From an uncultured Candidatus Saccharibacteria bacterium (lineage in GTDB: Bacteria; Patescibacteriota; Saccharimonadia; Saccharimonadales; Saccharimonadaceae): DNA of 64,000 nucleotides. A program made the position numbers and the translations under genes. Below, one piece after another: positions 44,808-53,414 of the stretch. The notes beneath the pieces are model-generated. The model saw only the letters and a list, made by a program, of their open reading frames with translations. It ran no database searches and was not told where the DNA came from. Numbering within the stretch: position 1 is the first letter of the stretch; each line of letters starts with the position of its first letter. The stretch lies in NCBI GenBank assembly GCA_963516005.1, contig CAUPYP010000001.1:39400-103399 (forward strand). The letters run 5' to 3'.

Positions 44808-45795
44808 GACAATTATGTCAGATCTACATCAGTCAGTATTATTAGAAGCAACCTTGCGCGAGCTCCAACCTCAAGCGGGTGAGTCGTATTTGGATTTAAC
44901 AGCCGGTATGGGCGGACACGCTCGAGCGGTGTTAGCTCAAACGACTAATTACGCAGGCAGTTTGCTAGTTGATCGCGATGATTTCGCATTGAATCAATTG
45001 GCTGATTTGCGTGCTCAAGGTGTAACGACTTGGAAAAGTGATTTTGCGGCCGCGACTGAGCGACTGGTGATAGATCAACGACAGTTTGATTTGATCTTGC
45101 TGGATTTAGGTGTTTCGTCGCCACAGCTTGATCAGGGCGAGCGAGGCTTTTCGTTTAATAAAACTGCCAAGCTCAATATGCGAATGGATCAAACTGCCGA
45201 ACTTGACGCTTATCAGATTGTTAATTACTACTCGATTGGTCAAATCGTCCAAATTCTGACTGATTATGCTGAAATCAAGCCCAAACTGGCAATGCGAGTT
45301 GCCCAGGCGATTGATACAGCTCGACGTCAGCAGGTGATTGAAACCACCACCGAACTAGCCGAGATTATTTGTCAGACTCTACCTTCAAAATTAAAATATG
45401 GCAAAACCCATCCAGCGACTAAATATTTTCAGGCAATTCGGATGGCGGTTAATGACGAATTAGGGCAGCTGCGGGCGGCACTAGAGCGTTTGCCACAATT
45501 GCTAACCCCAGGAGGGCGAATGGCGATTATCAGTTTTCATAGTTTGGAAGACCGACTAGTGAAAACTTTTTTCAAAACTCAGACTCAGCGCGGTTTATTA
45601 GCCGAACTGGAGTTAGTCACCCCGAAGCCGATTTTAGGCTCGGTTGAAGATGTTTCCAATCCGCGATCACGTAGCGCAGTGCTACGAGTCGCAATGAAAA
45701 AACAAAAACAAAAAGGAGGCTATAATGCCAAAACAAATCAAAGTAGCAAGCAAGTCACGAGCAACCCGCGTCATTGTACGCGTAGCTTAAGCTAA
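44806..45795 (+). CDS. rsmH: 16S rRNA (cytosine1402-N4)-methyltransferase RsmH
   Basis: HQSVLLEATL, DLTAGMGGHA, LLDLGVSSPQLD and SFHSLEDR. The true start may be the ATG at 44815, which is 7 nt after a TACAAT box. Confidence 0.95.
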   Translation: MTIMSDLHQSVLLEATLRELQPQAGESYLDLTAGMGGHARAVLAQTTNYAGSLLVDRDDFALNQLADLRAQGVTTWKSDFAAATERLVIDQRQFDLILLDLGVSSPQLDQGERGFSFNKTAKLNMRMDQTAELDAYQIVNYYSIGQIVQILTDYAEIKPKLAMRVAQAIDTARRQQVIETTTELAEIICQTLPSKLKYGKTHPATKYFQAIRMAVNDELGQLRAALERLPQLLTPGGRMAIISFHSLEDRLVKTFFKTQTQRGLLAELELVTPKPILGSVEDVSNPRSRSAVLRVAMKKQKQKGGYNAKTNQSSKQVTSNPRHCTRSLS

Positions 45796-45812
45796 GCTAA
45801 TTTACTAAAAAG

Positions 45813-45877
45813 GAGAAGCGCCGGCTTCGGGTTTATAATCAACTCGAAGTGGCGTCTTCTCGCCAAGTTTTATTTTT
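45813..45877 (+). terminator. Terminator/attenuator-like hairpin inside the dcw cluster, between rsmH and ftsL
   Basis: Stem GAGAAGCGCC / GGCGTCTTCTC with an inner CTTCG / CGAAG helix, followed by AAGTTTTATTTTT. Confidence 0.5.
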
Positions 45878-45932
45878 AAAACATAATTACCAAAAAACCA
45901 ACACCAACAAGAATATAGGATTAACACCAACA

Positions 45933-46277
45933 ATGAACAACATTACTTACGCATCACGGCGGGGAAATCGGAATTATGGGCGCAACAAAAACATTTCCGC
46001 CTATCAATCCAACATCAAACTCGGTCCTGTAGCTCACACAGTCCTGGTCGGATTGATGATTACGGTACTTGGCTTGATTTACCTGACTCAAGCAACCAAA
46101 ACCACTGGTTATGATTACGAAATTAACAAAGTCGATACGGAAATCGCCGAACTAACCACTAAAAAAACTGATCTCGAGATTGAAAAAGCTCGCTTGACAG
46201 CCTTGGCTACGATCGAGAACAGTTCAGTGGCACAAAACATGACGAAGCCCGCTCAGACAACTTTTGTAAAAAATTAG
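45933..46277 (+). CDS. ftsL: FtsL/DivIC-like division protein (TM plus coiled coil)
   Basis: About 114 aa from the ATG at 45933. One TM then a heptad-rich segment (EINKVDTEIAELTTKKTDLEIEKARL). It sits between rsmH and ftsI. Confidence 0.45.
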   Translation: MNNITYASRRGNRNYGRNKNISAYQSNIKLGPVAHTVLVGLMITVLGLIYLTQATKTTGYDYEINKVDTEIAELTTKKTDLEIEKARLTALATIENSSVAQNMTKPAQTTFVKN

Positions 46278-46469
46278 CACCGGAGTTTTTAAAGTTAAAT
46301 GGCAACTTGGGAACTAACCGGAGTGATTTTTTGTTGGGTGCGCGTGGTAATTTTAGCAATCCAAGCGCAATTTTAAGTGGGTTTTGGTCGCTAAGGACTA
46401 GTGTTAATCAAGTTGGTTATGGTATAATTAGATGAAATAATAACAGTAAAAGGTTTGAATTAAATCACC

Positions 46470-48197
46470 GTGAAAATTCTCTTCGCTAAACACAGCCAGG
46501 TCCGCATTTTGAGCGGAATTTTAACCGTCACGGTGGCGTTGATTGTGGTGCGCTTGTTTCAGCTACAGGTGATTGATCATCAAAAATATCGCCAGCTGGC
46601 TTATCAAGAACAGGTGAAAAAACTCACAATTCCAGCGCATCGAGGTCTGATTTATGCGTTAGATCATCAAACGCCGGCACCGCTTGTGATGAATGAGACG
46701 GTCTATACGATGTTTGTTGACCCACAAGTAGTGAAGGACGATAAGGCGGTTTTGGCGGCGCTGGTAGGGTTAAATCAAGATTTAATTATTGGCAATCCAG
46801 CCGAAAAACTAACTCAAAAAAATACCCGCTATCAGGTGCTGGCGCGCGGTTTGTCCCGTCAACAAGCTGAAGCGATTAAAGCCAAAAAACTAACTGGTAT
46901 CGGTTTTCAGGCGGTGAGTCGGCGGATCTATCCGGAAGGGGCACTAGCCTCGCAAGTATTAGGTTTTGTTAATGCGAACGGTGGTCAGTATGGCGTTGAA
47001 GGCAAGCTCGACAAGCGCTTAACCGGCGAAAATGGCGTGCTAGAAGCGGTGACTGATATTTCTGATGTGCCACTAACTGTTGGCGAAAAATACACCAATA
47101 TTCCGGCTCGCAATGGCGATAATCTAGTGCTAAGCATTGATCGTAATATCCAATCGCAAGTCGAAAAAATCCTCAAAGCCGGTCTGGAAAAAGTCGGCGC
47201 TGATAATGGTAGTGCGCTGGTGATGAATCCCCAAACTGGTCAAATTATGGCGATGGTGAATTATCCGAGTTATTCGGTAGCTGAGTTTAATAAAGTTAAA
47301 GACGTGGCACTGTTTAACAATGCGACGGTTGATCGCCCTTATGAGGCCGGATCAGTCATCAAAGTCTTCACGGTAGCGATGGGTATTAATGAAGGTAAAA
47401 TCACCCCGCAAACGGTGTTTTACAACCAAGATACAGTGAAAGTTGGCGATCGCACCATTAAGAACGCCTACAAGGGCAAAATCGGTAATATCACAATGCA
47501 AGACGCCCTGCAATATTCGCTCAACACTGGTATGGTGAATATTATTTCACGTCTCGGCGGTGGCAATATTGATCGGTCGGCACGTAATATTATTTACAAT
47601 TATTTTCACGATCGGTTCCGGCTTGGTCAAAAAACTAATGTTGAACTGCCAGAAACAGCCGGCATTATCATCCCTCCCACTGAGGTTGAGGGTAATGCTG
47701 TGCGGTATTCGAATATGTCTTTCGGACAGGGAATGGATGTGACAATGGTGCAAGTGGCCGCGGGATTTTCGGCAATTATCAATGGGGGCGTTTATTATCA
47801 GCCAACTGTCCTAGCTGGTACGGTTGAAAATGGTATTTTTAAGGCACAAGCCCCGAAAGTGATTGATGGGCAGGTGGTTAAAAACACCACCTCGACGCAA
47901 GTTCGCCAGATGTTAACTGAGGCGCGTCGGCTGTATTATAAAAATGTTGACCGGGCTGGTTATGAAATCGGTGGTAAAACTGGTACCAGCGAGAAGATTG
48001 TTGATGGTAAATATGTGGAAAATCAAACAATTGCGACTTATTTGGGTTATGGCGGGACAAATCGCCCCGAATATGTCATAATGATTAGAGTGGACGGCAA
48101 GGGTAAATACCTGGCTGGTAATACCGATGCCGCACCAATTTTTACTGATATTTCCAACTGGTTAATTGATTATTTAAAACTATATCCGAAGGAGTAA
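46470..48197 (+). CDS. ftsI: Class B penicillin-binding protein (FtsI-type transpeptidase)
   Basis: SxxK (SVIKVF), SxN (YSLNTG) and KTGT motifs, with an N-terminal TM and dimerisation domain. Confidence 0.9.
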   Translation: MKILFAKHSQVRILSGILTVTVALIVVRLFQLQVIDHQKYRQLAYQEQVKKLTIPAHRGLIYALDHQTPAPLVMNETVYTMFVDPQVVKDDKAVLAALVGLNQDLIIGNPAEKLTQKNTRYQVLARGLSRQQAEAIKAKKLTGIGFQAVSRRIYPEGALASQVLGFVNANGGQYGVEGKLDKRLTGENGVLEAVTDISDVPLTVGEKYTNIPARNGDNLVLSIDRNIQSQVEKILKAGLEKVGADNGSALVMNPQTGQIMAMVNYPSYSVAEFNKVKDVALFNNATVDRPYEAGSVIKVFTVAMGINEGKITPQTVFYNQDTVKVGDRTIKNAYKGKIGNITMQDALQYSLNTGMVNIISRLGGGNIDRSARNIIYNYFHDRFRLGQKTNVELPETAGIIIPPTEVEGNAVRYSNMSFGQGMDVTMVQVAAGFSAIINGGVYYQPTVLAGTVENGIFKAQAPKVIDGQVVKNTTSTQVRQMLTEARRLYYKNVDRAGYEIGGKTGTSEKIVDGKYVENQTIATYLGYGGTNRPEYVIMIRVDGKGKYLAGNTDAAPIFTDISNWLIDYLKLYPKE

Positions 48198-48198
48198 G

Positions 48199-49236
48199 AT
48201 GATTTTTAGCTCGCTAACCACCATTTCAAATTATGCCCAGAATAGCTTTAGTCTGGCAATTGCCACGATAATTATTGCTTTTTTGTTGACGCCGATTTAC
48301 ACTCATGTGGCTTATAAATATAAATTCTGGAAAAAACAACGCGAAACTACCACGACGGGCGAAAAATTAAAGGTGTTTACTAAACTCCACGCTGCGAAGT
48401 TTCGTCGCAATATTCCGACGATGGCGGGAGTGATTATCGTGCTGTCAGTATCGATTGTAACGCTCGGCTGGAACCTGGATCGTGGTCAGACTTATCTACC
48501 ATTGGCTGCACTGATTGGTGGTGGTTTGGTTGGCTTGATTGATGACGTGATCAACGTGTTCGGCACTGGCAAAGGCGTAGCGGGTTTGCGGTCAAGCTTA
48601 AAATTTATCATGGTGTTATTGCTCGGTTTAGGGCTGGGATGGTATTTTTATGCGAAATTAGGCTATCACACCATGCACGTGCCGTTTGTTGGCAATTGGG
48701 ATTTGGGCTGGTTGATTATTCCAGTGTTTGCTTTTGCGGTGGTGTCAACTGGCAATGCGGTCAATATTAGTGACGGCTTGGATGGTTTGGCGGGGGGATT
48801 AGCGGCATCGGCTTTCACGGGATTTGGGACAATTGCTTTGTTGCAAGGTCATGTTGGTATTGCTGGGTTCTGCTTTACGGTTGTGGGGGCGCTGGTGGCG
48901 TATTTGTGGTTTAATATTTATCCGGCGCGCTTTTTCATGGGAGACGTTGGTAGTTTTGCCTTGGGCACTAGCCTAGGGGTGATTGCAATGCTGACCGATA
49001 CGTTTTTACTAGTGCCGGTCATCGGAGCTCTGTTTGTAATTGAAGCCGGGTCAAGCTTACTACAAATCACCTCGAAGCGTCTTTTTGGTAAGAAAATCTT
49101 CATTTCAGCGCCGATTCATCATCATTTAGAGGCTAAGGGCTGGGAGGAAACGAAAATTACCATGCGCTTTTGGCTAATTTCGGCAGCGGTGGTAGCAATC
49201 GGAGTCTTAATTGCAATCAAAGGTGGTCATGTCTAA
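48199..49236 (+). CDS. mraY: Phospho-N-acetylmuramoyl-pentapeptide transferase MraY
   Basis: 10-TM protein with NAVNISDGLDGLA, MGDVGS and APIHHH motifs. Confidence 0.95.
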   Translation: MIFSSLTTISNYAQNSFSLAIATIIIAFLLTPIYTHVAYKYKFWKKQRETTTTGEKLKVFTKLHAAKFRRNIPTMAGVIIVLSVSIVTLGWNLDRGQTYLPLAALIGGGLVGLIDDVINVFGTGKGVAGLRSSLKFIMVLLLGLGLGWYFYAKLGYHTMHVPFVGNWDLGWLIIPVFAFAVVSTGNAVNISDGLDGLAGGLAASAFTGFGTIALLQGHVGIAGFCFTVVGALVAYLWFNIYPARFFMGDVGSFALGTSLGVIAMLTDTFLLVPVIGALFVIEAGSSLLQITSKRLFGKKIFISAPIHHHLEAKGWEETKITMRFWLISAAVVAIGVLIAIKGGHV

Positions 49237-50566
49237 AAGCTTTTTTAGTACTATTGGTGGGCTATGGACTAATTTTTTAGCAATTGTTGGACAAGCTAGC
49301 GGGCGAGTATCTGATCGGCCAACTCAGGCACGACGTATTGCGAAGCCGGGACTTAAGAATTTATCTAGTGCCAGTCAGACAATTGTTCGTAAACATCGTC
49401 CAGATTATTACATTGTGATGTATATGATTTTGTTGATGCTAATCGGCTTAGTGCTGATTTATGCGATTGGTCCACAGCGTGTGAATCTACTCAATCGTTC
49501 GTTTGATAGTAATAATCAATATAGTCAGACTTATTTTTTCTCGAAGCAGTTGATAAGTTTGGTGTTGGCAATCGTAGCCTTTGTGATGACCGCTAACATA
49601 CCTCTGGAAAAACTGAAAAAACACGCATTGTTAATTTTAGCAATGGGTCTCGGGGCTGGCATGTTTTTGTTTATATTCTCAAAACAACCACTGTATAAAC
49701 TGGGTTTGGTGCAGTGCAGTTTAGGGGCGTGTCGGTGGCTGAATTTTCGGTTTATGACTATTCAGGTAGCTGAAGTGATTAAAATCAGTTTAGTAGTGTT
49801 TTTTGCGGTATTTTGGAAATTTTTTGCTGATAAACAAACGCTGAATAAATCAGCTAATCTATTTTATTCGGCGGTAATTTTGGCGTTAGCGCTGTTGATG
49901 ATTGTGGTTTGGCAAAACGACTTAGGTACGGGCTTATCAATGGTGTTTATTTTGCTGGCGATGCTATGGAATGCTGGTGTTAAACCGCAAATTATGCTGT
50001 TAATTGCGGTCTGTGGGGCTGTGGTGGCGTTGGGGTTTGTGGCTGTAAAACCGCACCGTATGGCGCGGGTGATGACTTTCTTAAAAGGCGACAGTACAGA
50101 AATTACCGATTCCACGCGTCATATTATCCAAGCAAAGATCGCTGTTGGCTCTGGTGGAATGTTTGGTTTAGGCATCGGTAAGAGTGTGCAAGCAACTGGC
50201 TACTTACCGGAAGCGATTAACGACTCAATTTTTGCGATTATCGGCGAAGTGTTTGGTTTTGCGGGCTGTATTGTAGTAGTTGGGTTATTCGCGGCATTGG
50301 TGGCTCGCTTGCTAAAAAATGTAGCAACTTCGCATGATACATTTAATCGTTTGTTGATTACTGGGGCGGCTGCTTGGGTGTTTTCGCATTTTGCGATTAA
50401 TATTACTTCAATGCTGGGAATTGCGCCGATGACTGGTATAACCTTGCCGTTTTTGAGTTATGGTGGTACGAGTATGATTTTTGTGGCTGGGGTGCTTGGC
50501 TTGGCGTTTAACGCCTCGCAATTTACGGCGCATAGCATTTATTCATTCAAACGAGGTAAATTATGA
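49229..50566 (+). CDS. ftsW: SEDS-family peptidoglycan polymerase FtsW
   Basis: The ATG at 49229 overlaps the mraY stop. Polytopic, with a C-terminal LPFLSYGGTS motif. Confidence 0.9.
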   Translation: MSKSFFSTIGGLWTNFLAIVGQASGRVSDRPTQARRIAKPGLKNLSSASQTIVRKHRPDYYIVMYMILLMLIGLVLIYAIGPQRVNLLNRSFDSNNQYSQTYFFSKQLISLVLAIVAFVMTANIPLEKLKKHALLILAMGLGAGMFLFIFSKQPLYKLGLVQCSLGACRWLNFRFMTIQVAEVIKISLVVFFAVFWKFFADKQTLNKSANLFYSAVILALALLMIVVWQNDLGTGLSMVFILLAMLWNAGVKPQIMLLIAVCGAVVALGFVAVKPHRMARVMTFLKGDSTEITDSTRHIIQAKIAVGSGGMFGLGIGKSVQATGYLPEAINDSIFAIIGEVFGFAGCIVVVGLFAALVARLLKNVATSHDTFNRLLITGAAAWVFSHFAINITSMLGIAPMTGITLPFLSYGGTSMIFVAGVLGLAFNASQFTAHSIYSFKRGKL

Positions 50567-51705
50567 AAATTTTAACAGTTGGTGGTGGATCGGGTGGACA
50601 TATTATTCCGGTAGTGGCAGTGGTCGAAAAACTACATCAGCTGGCACCGGAAGCGGAAATTCGTTTTTGGTGCGATCGCAAGAGTTTGAAAATGGCACGA
50701 GAGGCGTTTGCTGGTCAATCGGTTGCAATTAAATCTATCTCAGCTGGTAAGTTTCGGCGTTATCATCACTTCAGTTGGTGGCAACATTTGCGCCCCTCAA
50801 TTGTCATTCCAAATTTGATTGATTTGTTCAAGATTGTTGGTGGTTTTATACAGAGTTGGTGGCGACTACTGATCTGGCGACCAGATGTAGTGTTTGCAAA
50901 AGGTGGTTTTGTGTGTTTACCGGTGGGGATCGTGGCACATTGGCTGGGGATTAAACTGATTATTCACGATTCAGACACCGTAGCTGGGCTAACTAATCGA
51001 ATTTTATCGAAATATGCTGTAAAAATCACAACAGGTATGCCGGTTGAATACTATCGTTATCCAACCGACAAAACAGTGTTTGTCGGTAGTCCGGTGCGTC
51101 AGGGCGGTGGATCGGTAGCTGATCTTCGGGCAGAATTACATATTTCGCCAAAAAAATTAGTGATTTTAGTCTCGGGTGGAGGACTAGGTTCGGACTTTTT
51201 AAATCGGATGACGCTAGCTAATCTTGAGCGTTTGCCAGAGAATTGTCAGGTGATTTTGTCGGCCGGTCGGGGTAATTATCAGGCGGTTATGAACCAAAAA
51301 TTTGATAAAAATACGCTAATCGTGCGTGATTTTGTGACTAATTTTGCCGATTATGTGCGATTGGCGGATGTGGTAGTGGCACGGGCTGGAGCAACTACTA
51401 TTGCCGAGCTGGCAGTGCTAGCCAAACCAGTGATTTTGGTTCCAAATCCAAAGTTGGTCGAGGGACATCAGTTGAAAAATGCCCAGATGCTAGCTGATAA
51501 ACAAGCAGCGGTAGTGCTGGATGAGTTTGCTTTGGAGCAGGTGCCAGAGCAATTCGGACGGGCAATTAATGAATTGTTAGATAATCAGCATCAGAGAGAA
51601 ATGTTGAGTCGTAATATTCAACAATTTGCGAATCCGCAGTCAGCGTTGACTCTGGCGGAATTAATTATTGCGGAAATTCAGGGCGGGGAAGGTGAGCGTG
51701 GATAA
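50563..51705 (+). CDS. murG: UDP-GlcNAc:lipid I GlcNAc transferase MurG
   Basis: GGGSGGHIIPVVAV, and RAGATTIAELA followed by the HQ..NA region. Confidence 0.9.
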   Translation: MKILTVGGGSGGHIIPVVAVVEKLHQLAPEAEIRFWCDRKSLKMAREAFAGQSVAIKSISAGKFRRYHHFSWWQHLRPSIVIPNLIDLFKIVGGFIQSWWRLLIWRPDVVFAKGGFVCLPVGIVAHWLGIKLIIHDSDTVAGLTNRILSKYAVKITTGMPVEYYRYPTDKTVFVGSPVRQGGGSVADLRAELHISPKKLVILVSGGGLGSDFLNRMTLANLERLPENCQVILSAGRGNYQAVMNQKFDKNTLIVRDFVTNFADYVRLADVVVARAGATTIAELAVLAKPVILVPNPKLVEGHQLKNAQMLADKQAAVVLDEFALEQVPEQFGRAINELLDNQHQREMLSRNIQQFANPQSALTLAELIIAEIQGGEGERG

Positions 51706-52777
51706 TTTTCGACCAAAATTTTACTATTCGCACAAAAACACAAACGCTAAGCGATTGCCTCGGCGTTCATTAGCACGAACAGAGTCGCAAACGGCCTCTG
51801 TGGAAGATACTCATCCTTCAGTGAAAGTGCCAATTGGCGACTCCACGAATTTCACGGCGGAATCGGCGATTGATACCGTGCCGACTTATCAACCGCGTTT
51901 AGATCAGCGTTCGCAACTGCGTCAGTCGGCACCGCACTCAGCACGCACTTCTCAGATGACTTTTTCGGGTAGGAGTTTTAATGTTGGTCAAACCTTGCGA
52001 GCTAATGAAGTGTCGGAACGTGACAATCTCAAAAAACTACGCAATCGGCGTAAAAAAATCCTTCGATTGCTACGCTACAGCATCTTCGGTATTGTGCTAA
52101 TGACGATTTTTATGCGGTTTTTTATTTTTAAAATTGAGGTAAAAGTCGTTGATTTTCAAACTCCACCCGAGACTGCTAAATACCAAACGGCGATTGCTAA
52201 TTATTTGGCGCAACAGCCATTTGAGCGACTGAGTTTTAATATTGATAAATCACATTTGGAGCGTTCGATTCAGGCGGAACATCCAGAATTATTAGAAGTA
52301 AAACAGATTACTAGTGGCTTTTTGCAACCAACTCAATTTGAGCTGGTACTGCGCAAGCCGGTGGCGACCATGTTAGTTAATCAAAAACGCTATTTTGTCG
52401 ATTCGGCTGGTGTGCCGTTTGCCCATAATTACCATCAAACCCCAAGTATTGAGATTAATGATCAATCCGGCATTAAACAGTCAGGACAGCTCAATCAACA
52501 ACTAATCAGCGGACGATTTTTACGCTTTATCGGTCGAGCGATTGCCCTGACTAGCGAAAAAAACTATCAGATCGTCTCAGCGATAATTCCGACTGGTACG
52601 GTGCATCAAATTGAATTTAAGGTCAAAGGTTTTGAGCTGTATCTTAAAATGACGATTGATCGAGATGTGGCTGAACAAGTTGAAGATGCAACGCGAAGTC
52701 TTGATTATATCAAGCGAACTGGGCTTAAGCCTCAATATCTCGATGTACGTGTCGCCAATAAGGTATTTTATAAATAA
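51668..52777 (+). CDS. ftsQ: FtsQ/DivIB-like division protein with a long basic, disordered N-terminal extension
   Basis: About 120 aa of low-complexity N-terminus, one TM, then a POTRA/FtsQ-like domain. The start codon is uncertain (TTG 51668, GTG 51692 or GTG 51698). Confidence 0.55.
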   Translation: MRKFRAGKVSVDNFRPKFYYSHKNTNAKRLPRRSLARTESQTASVEDTHPSVKVPIGDSTNFTAESAIDTVPTYQPRLDQRSQLRQSAPHSARTSQMTFSGRSFNVGQTLRANEVSERDNLKKLRNRRKKILRLLRYSIFGIVLMTIFMRFFIFKIEVKVVDFQTPPETAKYQTAIANYLAQQPFERLSFNIDKSHLERSIQAEHPELLEVKQITSGFLQPTQFELVLRKPVATMLVNQKRYFVDSAGVPFAHNYHQTPSIEINDQSGIKQSGQLNQQLISGRFLRFIGRAIALTSEKNYQIVSAIIPTGTVHQIEFKVKGFELYLKMTIDRDVAEQVEDATRSLDYIKRTGLKPQYLDVRVANKVFYK

Positions 52778-52796
52778 ATAGATATTAAATAGACAT

Positions 52797-52866
52797 AAAA
52801 AATAGCCACTTGGTAGGCCGGCGAATACTAGGAGGGTAAGATCCGCCAGCCAACTAAATGGCTATG
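52797..52866 (-). ncRNA. Candidate small RNA: a 64-nt imperfect hairpin with a C-rich loop, followed by a U-tract
   Basis: A stem of about 25 bp (AUAGCCA..UGGCUAU at the base) carries 3 G-U pairs that would be A-C mismatches on the + strand. The 14-nt loop is CUUACCCUCCUAGU and a U6 tract follows. A consensus promoter lies just upstream. Confidence 0.5.
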
Positions 52867-52872
52867 TAGGGG

Positions 52873-52901
52873 ATTATAGCAGGTCGAGGTGATAAAGTCA
52901 A
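52873..52901 (-). promoter_or_regulatory. Sigma70-type promoter TTGACT-17-TATAAT driving the hairpin sRNA candidate
   Basis: On the - strand the -35 TTGACT is at 52896-52901 and the -10 TATAAT at 52873-52878, with TGc just upstream of the -10. The spacer is 17 nt. Confidence 0.55.
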
Positions 52902-52989
52902 GTATTTTTCGGGTTTTCCCCTGATCTCTGCTCTAGTTCGGTTTTTGTTCTTTTAATCAAATACAGGGGTGGACTGGCGAAAAATATAT

Positions 52990-53018
52990 ATTATCATATC
53001 AAAATATAAAAAAGTCAA
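52990..53018 (-). promoter_or_regulatory. Second leftward promoter, TTGACT-17-GATAAT
   Basis: On the - strand the -35 is at 53013-53018 and the -10 GATAAT at 52990-52995. Confidence 0.4.
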
Positions 53019-53323
53019 ATAGGGCGGGTAGGGCGAAAAAACATAGAGCAGGGCATAAAATCAAAAAAATGCAAATTATATTTAATCTGTGGAAAACTTT
53101 TAAATTAGGCATCAAATGTTGTAAAAAATGACATAAACTAATGGACTAAAACTGAACGTGCGGTAGTGGCAGAGTTATAGGCAGTGGCTGACTAGCTGAA
53201 TAACTAACCGAGTGCGAGTTAATCAGTGGTAGATGATAATTAGAGCATGTGTCAGAGATGGTTAATACTCGAGAAGTATAGAAACTTCCCTGGCAATTTT
53301 TTGATAAATCTGGGGCGGTTCAT

Positions 53324-53414
53324 TGGTCTTAAGTAACTAGTTAGCTCAAATCCAGGTTCGAGAATTCGATAATGGTCTTAATAAAATTGATTCTTAGCTC
53401 CCTGCTGGGTTCGA
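53324..53414 (+). repeat. Degenerate tandem duplication TGGTCTTAA-N(8/12)-TTAGCTC-N7-GGTTCGA
   Basis: Unit 1 has its boxes at 53324, 53341 and 53355. Unit 2 has them at 53373, 53394 and 53408. Confidence 0.5.

Noticed and set aside
52999-53112. 37-codon minus-strand ORF encoding a very hydrophobic peptide (MPNLKVFHRLNIICIFLILCPALCFFALPALFDFFIF), which looks like a type I toxin.
   Set aside because: There is no RBS, and predicted promoters lie inside the ORF rather than upstream of it. The Phe/Leu/Ile richness is what an A-rich plus strand yields when read in reverse. The evidence is insufficient.
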